Source: an uncultured Acidobacteriota bacterium
Lineage (GTDB): Bacteria; Acidobacteriota; UBA6911
DNA: 64,000 nt
NCBI GenBank assembly: GCA_963809485.1
Contig: CAWEJX010000007.1
Span: 160,001 to 224,000, forward strand
Direction: 5' to 3'
Part shown: in pieces, positions 51,190-60,122 of the stretch
How positions within the stretch are numbered: position 1 is the first letter of the stretch
How the letters are laid out: every line of letters starts with the position of its first letter
Notes under the pieces: model-generated
Database searches by the model: none
Seen by the model: the letters and a program-made list of their open reading frames with translations, nothing else
What the model was told of the DNA's origin: nothing
Program-made: the position numbers and the translations under genes

Positions 51190-51696
51190 ATGCGGATATT
51201 CGTCAGCGACAGCAGTTGCTTGATAGACCTCAGGAAAGCGTCGCTGCTCAGCAGTTTTTTCAAGCTGCCCTACGAAATCCTGATTCCAGACACACTCTTC
51301 GAGGATGAACTGCTGAAGTTCACAAGCGCCCAGAGGAGAATTCTCACCGAGGGCGGGCTGAAAGTTGTTGATTTGCCGGCGGAGCAAGTGCTTCGCGCCA
51401 GAGAGGTTGTTCACCAAGTGCCACAACTTTCAACTCATGACGGATTTGCTTTTGCACTTGCCGAAGCAAATCCGGGATGCATTTTGCTGACGGGAGACAA
51501 ACAGCTCCGTATTCTCGCAGTCGAGGAAGGCATAGATGTGCACGGATTCCTGTGGGTAGTCGACGAGCTGTACAGATGCGAAATAAGCGCTGCAAATGCT
51601 CTCTGCAGCGCCCTTCGCTTTCTTGCGGACGATCCTGCAGTGAGGCTGCCGCGACGAGAATTGGCGTTATATATCAAGCGGTACGGTGCCCTTTAA
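51190..51696 (+). CDS. PIN-domain (DUF3368-like) protein
   Basis: VSDSSCLIDL, LS.HD...ALA, LLTGD..LR, VHG.LW. Confidence 0.85.
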   Translation: MRIFVSDSSCLIDLRKASLLSSFFKLPYEILIPDTLFEDELLKFTSAQRRILTEGGLKVVDLPAEQVLRAREVVHQVPQLSTHDGFAFALAEANPGCILLTGDKQLRILAVEEGIDVHGFLWVVDELYRCEISAANALCSALRFLADDPAVRLPRRELALYIKRYGAL

Positions 51697-51835
51697 TAGT
51701 CGCAACCAGATCTGCACCCGGTGATTGACCGCCGCTTGGATGACATGTGCAAGTAGTGGAGCTTTGACCCTATGCGCTTGTCTTCATTTTCAGTCGCCGT
51801 GTTTGTATGGTTTTATTAGGAAGCCCAGCCATTTA

Positions 51836-51872
51836 GGTTCCATTTTTGGGAACTTTGAGGTATAGTAAAGGC
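51836..51872 (+). promoter_or_regulatory. higBA promoter/operator, apparently leaderless
   Basis: GTTCCATTTTTGGGAAC dyad; TATAGT ends 6 nt before the ATG. Confidence 0.55.
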
Positions 51873-52172
51873 ATGCGCGTCATCGCACGGTCGCGTCTCA
51901 GGAGCTATTGGACTCAAAGAAAATATAGCGCGGCTGAAGAACCGCTCAAGGCATGGTATGACGAAGTCAGGCAGGCAAAGTGGAAGAATTTCAACGACCT
52001 TAAAGCCGATTTCCCCAGAGCAAGCCTGGTCGGTAATGGAAGAGTAGTTTTCAATATACACGGAGGCGTCTTTAGATTGATTGTAAAAATTGAATTCCGG
52101 CTGGATGCCGTTTTCATCCGTTATTTCGGCACTCATCAGGAATACGACTCAATTGATGCAAGCGAGGTATGA
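51873..52172 (+). CDS. higB: HigB family toxin
   Basis: MRVIA...L..YW, RVVFNI.G..FRLI, GTHQEYD. Confidence 0.93.
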   Translation: MRVIARSRLRSYWTQRKYSAAEEPLKAWYDEVRQAKWKNFNDLKADFPRASLVGNGRVVFNIHGGVFRLIVKIEFRLDAVFIRYFGTHQEYDSIDASEV

Positions 52173-52529
52173 ATGAATGTAAAGCCAATCCGAAGCAAAA
52201 AAGATCTCAGCGAGGCGCTTGCCCGCATCGACGAGCTTATTGACGCCAAACCCGGTGCTCCGGAATATGATGAACTTGAAATCTTGAGCACTCTGGTTGA
52301 AGCCTATGAGGAGAAGCATTGTCCAATTCCTCCGCCCGATCCTGTGGAAGCCATTAAATTCCGGATGGATCAATTAGGCCTTAAACAGGCAGACATCGCA
52401 AAATACTTTGGAGGAAAAAACAGGGCATCAGAAGTGCTTTCCCGAAAAAGGCCTCTCAGTTTGCGAATGATCCGGAATCTTCACATTAATCTCAAAATCC
52501 CCAGTGACAGCCTCCTGGGATTAGGCTGA
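52173..52529 (+). CDS. higA: HigA family antitoxin
   Basis: PDPVEAIKFRMDQ.GL, SEVL..KR.LSL.MIR.LH. Confidence 0.93.
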   Translation: MNVKPIRSKKDLSEALARIDELIDAKPGAPEYDELEILSTLVEAYEEKHCPIPPPDPVEAIKFRMDQLGLKQADIAKYFGGKNRASEVLSRKRPLSLRMIRNLHINLKIPSDSLLGLG

Positions 52530-52551
52530 GCCTGTTTTGCGAATTGCAGCA

Positions 52552-53153
52552 TTAGCAGCCCGTGGTGAAAGTACAATAGGCCGCGCGCATTTCTTCGCAA
52601 GTTTTTTGCGACAATTGGGTCCGGGGAGTTAGCCGGATCCCCTGACGTATCAGCAGCGCTTTGATTCGATTCGTTGCTCGCGTACTCTCTTTCTTCAATG
52701 CATTCAGTTCTCGGTGGAGCGGCCGACCATCTTCGTTTTCTGGAGACGGCACCTGCACTACACTCCAAATTTTGACCTCGCCCAGCTGGTACCGTACAAG
52801 CATAGTCACCAGCTTGCGCACGTCCAATCCGTCGATTTTAGCGCGTCGTGCCCTGCGGTTTACCTCAATGCTCGACGAGTCCACCACGATCTTCTCAACT
52901 CCGGATTCAAGCAGGGCCCGATTCAACCAGAATCCATCGCAACCTCCTTCGTAGCAGCTCATTACTCGAATACTCGCCGGAAGTTCGAATCGTTTCTTGG
53001 CTTCAGCGATTTCCCTATGTACGCTCGCAATTTCTCGCGCTGGAATCGTCCGGATTCGCGGCTATTGCCCCAGCCAGTTGTGAATCCCAATTTCCATTCA
53101 GAGAGGCTTAGCTCAAATGCCAGGCACACTACTGGTGGAAAGGGTTGCCGCAC
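52552..53153 (-). pseudogene. IS110-family transposase remnant
   Basis: LAFELS..EWKLGF; CYEGG.DGFWL.R; VDSSSIEVNRRARRAK.D; frameshifted and truncated. Confidence 0.85.
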
Positions 53154-53401
53154 CGTTGCAGGTTGACACTGATATCAAGCTGCATTTGTACTTTCCTCGG
53201 AGTGACATCCCCCTAGTTATCAGACGCCTAACGCTGGGGCGGCCGGACCTTGATCTGCATTCCGGCAAATCCAATGACTCATAAAAAGCAGGCTATACAA
53301 CAGGAATCGTCGAAGTGGTGCATTTTGGAACCAATATGGAACCAAAATCGAAGGTCGCGGTTTTTAGAGAAATTATTGTAGCTGTAAATTATTGATTTTA
53401 T

Positions 53402-53477
53402 TGGTGGAGCTGGCGAGGATCGAACTCGCGACCTCCTGACTGCCAGTCAGGCACTCTCCCAGCTGAGCTACAGCCCC
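53402..53477 (-). tRNA. tRNA-Ala(GGC)
   Basis: GGGGCTGTAGCTCAGCTGGGAGAGTGCCTGACT-GGC-AGTCAGGAGGTCGCGAGTTCGATCCTCGCCAGCTCCACCA; 76 nt, G3:U70, encoded CCA. Confidence 0.98.
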
Positions 53478-53878
53478 ACTTTGTTGAATCTAAAGCAGCT
53501 TTGTTATGCCGCCTACCATGGTTTGCAGGGATTGCTGCCACTTGGCTTTCCAGAACGGGCATTTGAGCCAAAAAACCGCATTCCACGGATGGAAAAGAAT
53601 AGGCGATGATCTTCGGCTTTGCAAGCGGAAAACCCATGGGGAGTCCGTATCCAATATGGCCACCCTGTTTGCCTATTGCGGTCTGTGCGTCGTCCCGGCC
53701 GTCTACAGCCGATCTATTGCCCATAGGAACCCATTTGCCGTAGAGATCCACTGTAAGCCTTATCGATGCGTGTCCGAGAATCCGTTGGACATTACGCTAT
53801 GAATATCCCTCGCTGAAAGAGCAAGGAAGCAAAGCTAGGGCGCATTACAATTGCCCATATCCGCTTTGGGCTTGCAAA

Positions 53879-54007
53879 GGCCGGAGGCCCGGCAGCAAAT
53901 AGCCGGGGATTTGTTGCGCCCATCCCTGGTAGGAACCAGCAAAGGCACAAGCCCTGGAAGGGATTGAATGCGGCCTTTCGCCCTTTCCAGGGCTTCTTCC
54001 TTCGCCA
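53879..54007. repeat. Diverged REP-like unit related to the MITE interior
   Basis: GGCCGGAGGCCCGGCAG..ATAGCC.GGGAT..CCCTGGTAGGAA..CTTTCGCCCTT.CCAGGGCT shared with 27340-27467. Confidence 0.75.
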
Positions 54008-54389
54008 GAAGAAGGCGCATCCCCACTTTCCGACTAACATACCAATGAAGCGGATACGGTGATCAAATCCCTGCAGCAATCGTGATCTGCAGCCAGGATG
54101 AGGCCGAAGAACATTTTTCTCGCCATGAGCCGAAATTTTCTGAACCAAATCCGCCTCGGACGAGACAACACAGTTGCACGGACCCTTGCCGCTGCCAGAA
54201 ACCCCAGGGCAATGTTGAGCCCTCGGTGACCTGTCCTGATAAAAGGACCCATGGCCCTTTCAGCGTCCTCTCATAAATTCAATTCAGAGAATGCAGAATT
54301 TTCCGCTTGTGTCAAATCCCCCATGGATTAAAAATAGGCGCATATCAACAATCTAGGCCCAGGATTTGGGAAGCGCTCTGATTAACTGA

Positions 54390-54593
54390 AGGGCATTTCC
54401 CGTGCGCAGGGAATCTTGATGATTCCCAATGGACACTCCGCCCGCTGAGCGGGTGGTTTCAGGAAGCCCCCAGGATGAGACCATCGCCCTGCGGGGCGCG
54501 ATAGCAGAGCTCCTGTCGGGGCTTTCGTAATCAGAAACGTCCGCCGTAACGGCAGAACCCTTTTGGGCCCCGCCGAAGGCGGCCGTTTGCCCT
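54390..54593 (+). ncRNA. Candidate structured RNA of unknown class
   Basis: Nested complementary segments and several hairpins; G:U pairs favour the + strand; no ORF. Confidence 0.4.
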
Positions 54594-54801
54594 GACGCTA
54601 ATTATTGCAGACCTCCTGGAATTGTGTAAATCAATGCCAGAAGGGGGATTCCAGGACAGGCTATTTTACTAGATCAGCGCCTAGGACCCGAATGCGGATG
54701 TGATGCGGCAGGCGCTGGATTCCACAGCTTCATAGTAGGCGACAGGAAAGCGCGCCGATCTAGAAGCATTCTTTCAGAAGCTTTGAGGAGGACATAGAGC
54801 A

Positions 54802-55455
54802 ATGAAACGCTGCCTATTCTGCGGCACGGAGGCCAAAGATATTGATAACTTTTGTGCTCACTGCGGCAAGCAGTTACAGCATTTTGATGGAACAGAAAAA
54901 CAACCTGAACACAAGGGGCGTTCCGCGAAATGCCCACGATGCGATAAGGAATATGCAAATGATTTTCCGAAATGTCCATTTTGCGGAAGCAAGAATCCTG
55001 GTGCGTTCCCGGGCATACGGCACTTTTTTACCAAAGTGGTAGGCGTAAGCTACAAAAACAAAGACGGGGAAAAAAGGCAGGAAATCATAAAAGGAATTGC
55101 CGACGAACGGGAAGAGGGAAAGCTTCGCATCGATAAGTTTGGGCGAGACGCCATCCAGCTGCTTTTAGATGCTGAGGAGGACAATCCCGTAGATCCTAAT
55201 GCCATGAAAGTGCGCACTGAGAGCGGCGTCCAGCTTGGATATCTTAACCATAAATTGGCGGCTGTGGTGGCGGCGCGAAATGCCAAGGGATATCGGTATT
55301 TGACATTTCTTGATGATTTCACCGGATCATCCATGGAAGATGACACAATGGGCGTGAATATGCTGATCATTGAAGCTGAACCAGAAGCGGAAAAATTCCT
55401 GCAAGCTTTTTTCGATGAATACTTCAAACCCAGAGCTGCAAAGCCGCGTGGATGA
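54802..55455 (+). CDS. Zinc-ribbon plus HIRAN domain protein
   Basis: Four CxxC pairs; TKVVGVSY.N, EEDNPVDPNAMKV, QLGYL. Confidence 0.82.
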   Translation: MKRCLFCGTEAKDIDNFCAHCGKQLQHFDGTEKQPEHKGRSAKCPRCDKEYANDFPKCPFCGSKNPGAFPGIRHFFTKVVGVSYKNKDGEKRQEIIKGIADEREEGKLRIDKFGRDAIQLLLDAEEDNPVDPNAMKVRTESGVQLGYLNHKLAAVVAARNAKGYRYLTFLDDFTGSSMEDDTMGVNMLIIEAEPEAEKFLQAFFDEYFKPRAAKPRG

Positions 55456-56447
55456 CAGGGTGTGACGTCGCAGGTCTCGTAGCGGGAAGGCGAAACGCGC
55501 CGATCTCGAGACATATATTCAGCAACTGTGATGTGGCGCGTTTATTAAAAATGCTTACTCGAAAACGGGCGTTTCTGCCGATATGGGCTATGAGGAGGCA
55601 GTTTAATACTCGGCAATTGGGGAGGGAAACCAGAGAACCGGGGAAATGGATTGTCCCCCACAATTTTTTTTGAGAAGCAGTAAGACTGTTTCGTAATTGA
55701 AGTGGCTCCGCGTGGAAAAAGGACCTCCGCAACAATCCGGCAGCCACAGTCTGCTGACCGGCCTTGTCCCATCACTCCTGATTTCTTCCACTTCCGGTAA
55801 GAAGGCTGCAAAACCGCCGACGCGTGTCTTTCATTCCATGGAACAGTCCCTCCAGCCGATTTGGCGGGCTCCGCGCCCGGTTGGATAGTTCCCTCGGATA
55901 CCGCCGTCGCCAGCCTAATGTCCGCGCCGGGACCACCTCGCAGAGACGCGCCCGGGGCGGCGCGTCTCTTCAGCCCGATGGTTTTGGTTTGAGCCTTGGC
56001 AGTATGGGCAAACACAAAGGGCTCCCGAAGAAGCCCCATCCATCAAGTTTATTTCCAGGAAAGATCCGGCTTGATGGATTCTCAAAACTTCTGATGTGTC
56101 CGCGTTGTGCGAATTAGGAATTGAATAAAGGCAATGTATCGCCCGCAAACCTCGGGATTTTGGTTCAGCTGCTGCGCCTCGAGTTCGCTCCAGCATCCCC
56201 TGCAAAAGTGCCAGGTCTGCATCTGGCCATCCGGGCCGGACCGGCGTTGCTCATTGTGCGTTGTCTCTGGATTAGGGCAAAGGCAGCAAGCCATATTAAT
56301 TCCTAACTAATCCCGCCTGTAACGGATATATCGGCATGAGCCATGCTTTACCCTTAAAATTTTGCTCCCTCCACGCCAGGCTACCGCAGCTTTTTGCCTC
56401 CGCGCTTTTCATGCCCTTACCTCTATTTGTAGAAACATCCGCCAAAG

Positions 56448-56479
56448 AAAAAGGCCGCTCCTTGAGCCGGCCTTTTTTT
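56448..56479. terminator. Bidirectional intrinsic terminator-like hairpin
   Basis: AAAAAGGCCG..CGGCCTTTTTTT. Confidence 0.6.
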
Positions 56480-56728
56480 GCTGCGGAAGGGACGGCAAAT
56501 ATTTCCCCAAATTCGCGGCGGTTGAGGCAAATTCCCCTAAGATCTATAGTGTCGGGATTTCTTACGCCCGGATCCATTGACGGTAATGCTTATTTGTCAA
56601 TCAGTAAGAACCTATGTGAAAAATACCTTCATCATAACTGTCGCAGACTCTTATGAGCGTTCCTGACATGCCGTGCTCAGAATGCCTCCATGGATTATCG
56701 CGGATTCGAAGGTTTTTCGCACTGCCCG

Positions 56729-57301
56729 TCAAGCCCGGGAGACGAATTCGCCGGTTTGCGTGCTGACGCGCACAACCTCTCCCTCTTTAATAAACAGCGG
56801 AACCCTGACCGGCAATCCTGTTTCCAGCGTTGCGGGCTTGGTGGCGCCGCCCGAGCCCGTGTCGGCGCGACCGCCAGGCTCCGTGGAAGCCACCGTCAGT
56901 TCCACGAATGGAGGCAGTTGAATTGCAATCGGCCCTCCATTGTACTTGAGCACCTGGAGCGAAATGCCGTCCTTCAGGTAGAGCCTGTCGTCCCCCAGCT
57001 GATCCTCCGTCAAGGCGAACTGCTCGTAGGTCCCCTCATCCATAAAATGACAGCTCTCCCCGTCCGAATACAGAAACGACGCGGGAGTCAAAACAATGTC
57101 CGGCTCCTCGAACTTTTCACCGGTCCTGAAGCTTTTTTCCATCACGGCGTCGGTGATCAGATTGCGCAGCCTGGTCCTCACCATCGTCGTGGCTCCCCGC
57201 GCGCTCGGTGACGCGAAAAACACGTCAATTACCGCATACGGCTGATTCTCGACCGTGATGAACATCTTCCGCTTCAGTTCGTTTGCCCCTATAAGTGCCA
57301 T
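56729..57301 (-). CDS. Elongation factor P family protein, EfpL/YeiP-like
   Basis: SPSARG loop, KPATLETG, VPLFIKEGE. Confidence 0.9.
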   Translation of the reverse strand: MALIGANELKRKMFITVENQPYAVIDVFFASPSARGATTMVRTRLRNLITDAVMEKSFRTGEKFEEPDIVLTPASFLYSDGESCHFMDEGTYEQFALTEDQLGDDRLYLKDGISLQVLKYNGGPIAIQLPPFVELTVASTEPGGRADTGSGGATKPATLETGLPVRVPLFIKEGEVVRVSTQTGEFVSRA

Positions 57302-57515
57302 TGCCCCGTCTCAATTGTCAGGAATTCAACCGCCATAATCCGTTTTCTGCGGAAATTTATCAGAAAGCGGGACGCGGATCCGCAAGGATATGCCAATTCC
57401 CCTGTACGGTAAATAGCCGGCCATTGCCATCTCAGATAACAATGCAGTAGCAACGAATCAGAATTTTTTGTTGCCGGAGCCGGCACAGATCCTCAGATTG
57501 AAGCGCTCTCCCAAA

Positions 57516-58472
57516 CTATTGCCAGGACTGACGCAGTTCCCGGATGAAGGCGTCGGGCTGATTCACCTCGAGCAGAACGGGTGCGCCCTCCCCTTTGGGC
57601 GGAAGGAGTACCAATATCCGGCTGTCGGCCCGGTACATGCGGACTTTTTGGCCGTTCGCTACCTTATACCAGCCTGAAGCATAATGAAAATTGGCGAAGC
57701 CGTTGGTGCGCGTCGTCACCCGCCAGTCCGGATCTGTCTTTATGTCCACCGTTTTTACGCTTGCCAAATCGATTTCACCAGCTCTCAAAGTGACCGGGTA
57801 GAACCTGTCGCGGACAGTCAGTCCCTCCGGATTCAACGTGTACTCCGGAGGCCCCGGAGAGTACAGCAGGGCGCCCGCAGTAAGCAGAAGCGCAAGAATC
57901 CCTATCGCGATGGCAAGTATTTTTGCGAACCGCCCTGTACGCCGGCTTGCTTGCACAGAGCCTGCAGCCGATCCTGCCAGCCCGGCTTCCGACGCTGAAA
58001 CGGCCATCCGCATCGCCGTAACAAACCCATTCACATCATCCGGGCTGAGGACCAGGGTTTTGCCGCCAGTGACGACAACGACACCATGGTCCCGCTGAGT
58101 AACGTACCAACTGGATTTCCCGAGTTTCGAGGTCCGGTACAAGCCGCAGTAGCCGAAAAATCCGCCGCTGCCGAACAGACGAATACAGCCCTTGAGATCC
58201 TCGGCTTCCGCCGCCCTTACCTCACGGATGTCACCCAAAGGGATTTCAATATTGCCAATGAGGCGCCGGATAATCAGCGCTCCCTCTTTGATGGCATAGC
58301 CTCTCGCCGAATACGCATAGCCCAATCCAATGACCAGTACGCAAAGGCACCCCGCAAGAACGCTGCGAGTCCCAATGGTGGCGCCAATCAGGAGAAGGCA
58401 GACAACCGCGCTGATGAATTTGGTCACCGAATCGAAGGATACGGAAAATGAACTGTCCGGATTTGCATACAT
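57516..58472 (-). CDS. Membrane protein with two bacterial PH domains
   Basis: IRLFGSGGFFGY.G and RTNG...Y.SG.Y motifs; TM pairs. Confidence 0.75.
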   Translation of the reverse strand: MYANPDSSFSVSFDSVTKFISAVVCLLLIGATIGTRSVLAGCLCVLVIGLGYAYSARGYAIKEGALIIRRLIGNIEIPLGDIREVRAAEAEDLKGCIRLFGSGGFFGYCGLYRTSKLGKSSWYVTQRDHGVVVVTGGKTLVLSPDDVNGFVTAMRMAVSASEAGLAGSAAGSVQASRRTGRFAKILAIAIGILALLLTAGALLYSPGPPEYTLNPEGLTVRDRFYPVTLRAGEIDLASVKTVDIKTDPDWRVTTRTNGFANFHYASGWYKVANGQKVRMYRADSRILVLLPPKGEGAPVLLEVNQPDAFIRELRQSWQ

Positions 58473-58675
58473 ATATTTGGCCTTTTTGCAATTATACAGC
58501 AAGAGCCGGCAATCACGCATTGCGCTGCCGGAAATCGCCGCTTCCCCATCACAAACCCGGTTTCCCCGCCGCACCCGGACACACCATGCTCTCCCCGGGA
58601 ATTGCGGAGTGCATGGCTTTGAGCAGGTATCGCCTATATAATCAACGGGTGCCGGTCCCGGGAAAGGATAACTCA

Positions 58676-59122
58676 ATGACTGAAGACCTCAAGATTCTTC
58701 TCAGAAGCCTCTTTTCCAGCCAGTTGCTCGCTGTCCTCGGGACACAGGGTCCGAACGGGCCTTATGGGAGTCTTGTTGCTTTTGCCTCCACGGACGATCT
58801 GAAACACCTCCTGTTCGCGACAAGCCGTCCCACCCGCAAGTATGAGAACCTTCTCAAGACGCCCAAAGTCGCCCTCGTCATTGACAACCGCTCCAACCTG
58901 GAGAATGATTTCAGAAATGCCGTCGCCGTCACCGCCACCGGTTCGGTGAAAGAGGCAACCGGTCCTGAAAAAGAATACTTCCAGACGCTCTATCTCGAAA
59001 AGCACCCTTCGCTGCGCGGCTTTGTGGAAACGCCCAGCTGCGCCCTCCTCAATGTGGAAGTCGACACTTATTTCATCGTGCGGCAATTTCAGCAGGTCGT
59101 GGAGCTTCATATGGAAAGGTAA
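58676..59122 (+). CDS. Pyridoxamine 5'-phosphate oxidase-like protein
   Basis: AVLGT...PYGSLVAF, FAT...TRKY.NL...P.VAL. Confidence 0.85.
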   Translation: MTEDLKILLRSLFSSQLLAVLGTQGPNGPYGSLVAFASTDDLKHLLFATSRPTRKYENLLKTPKVALVIDNRSNLENDFRNAVAVTATGSVKEATGPEKEYFQTLYLEKHPSLRGFVETPSCALLNVEVDTYFIVRQFQQVVELHMER

Positions 59123-59273
59123 TAGCTCCGGGCAACAGCAGGAATCCGGGGAGATAAGAAGATCAGGGATTGCATACCATGATCCGAGGTCTTATATGCC
59201 TGTGAGGCAGCCTGGCATTCCCAGGCAATACGGGGCTCTCCGGCATGACAATTTGCAGACAGGAGGAATTTCA

Positions 59274-59870
59274 ATGAATCGTACGATTCTGGCAGTATTC
59301 ACCGCTGCCCTGCTTTTTGCGATCCGCCCCGCAACAGCCCAGTCCAACTGGGATATCGACCCGTCGCATTCGGCCGCCCAGTTCCAGGTGAAGCACCTCA
59401 TGATCAGCAACGTTAAAGGCGAATTCGGCAAAATGTCGGGCAAAGCAGTCTTCGACGGGAAGAACTACGGGACCGTCAAAGCTGATGCCACCATCGAGGT
59501 CGCCTCGATCAACACACGCGAACAGAAGCGCGACGAGCACCTGCGCAGCGCAGACTTCTTCGACGCAACCGCTCATCCGACGATCACCTTCAAATCAAAA
59601 CGCGTCGAGGGCATCAGCGGGCATAAGTTCAATCTCGTGGGCGACCTCACGATGCGCGGGGTCACGAAAGAAGTGACTCTCAACGTGGAAGCGACACCCG
59701 CGATCAAAGGCATGCGCGGGGAAACCCGTATGGGCGCGCAAGCCACAGCCCGGCTGAACCGGCAGGATTTCGGCGTCAAGTGGAACCGGGCGCTCGATGC
59801 GGGCGGCGTGGTCGTAGGCGATGAAGTCCAAATCACCCTGGACCTTGAACTCACTCAGGCAGGAAAATAG
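59274..59870 (+). CDS. yceI: YceI family protein
   Basis: WDIDPSHS, RDEHLRSADFFD, GDLTMRGVTK. Confidence 0.93.
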   Translation: MNRTILAVFTAALLFAIRPATAQSNWDIDPSHSAAQFQVKHLMISNVKGEFGKMSGKAVFDGKNYGTVKADATIEVASINTREQKRDEHLRSADFFDATAHPTITFKSKRVEGISGHKFNLVGDLTMRGVTKEVTLNVEATPAIKGMRGETRMGAQATARLNRQDFGVKWNRALDAGGVVVGDEVQITLDLELTQAGK

Positions 59871-59932
59871 CTCATCGGGAGTCCCACGGTAGCGCTGGGG
59901 GCTCCCGGCGCTTGACAGCTCCGGTGTTTTTT

Positions 59933-59972
59933 AACGCGGACGCACGCTGACAAAACGCCGACGAACGCAGAT
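59933..59972. repeat. About 10-bp tandem (A/C)ACGCNGA(C/T) intergenic repeat, also at 61457-61496 and 62764-62841
   Basis: Directly visible tandem units; inverted set at 62801-62841. Confidence 0.75.
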
Positions 59973-60122
59973 ACTTCAGGTCATCCACCATTGCAGGTGC
60001 ATATCAGTTCCCAAGTCAACTGCAGCCTTATGCGCCCGCTTCAACGATCTATTTCCGCTTGTGCCCTGTGGTGTAACTCCGATAAGGTGTTTTTTTTGCA
60101 TTAACCGAAAAGGAGAGATCCC

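Larger units (their letters stand above)
42551..53450. mobile_element. About 10.9-kb tRNA-Ala-integrated phage-satellite-like island
   Basis: Bounded by att repeats; contains int, alpA, CHC2, DUF927 and an iteron-like array; no virion genes. Confidence 0.8.

Noticed and set aside
42551-53450. Prophage or ICE
   Set aside because: No capsid, tail, terminase, lysis, relaxase or T4SS genes are recognisable
54540-54592. c-di-GMP-I riboswitch on the minus strand (GGGCAAAC...)
   Set aside because: The GNRA loop, GACGCAAAG and a proper P2 are lacking, and G:U pairs favour the other strand
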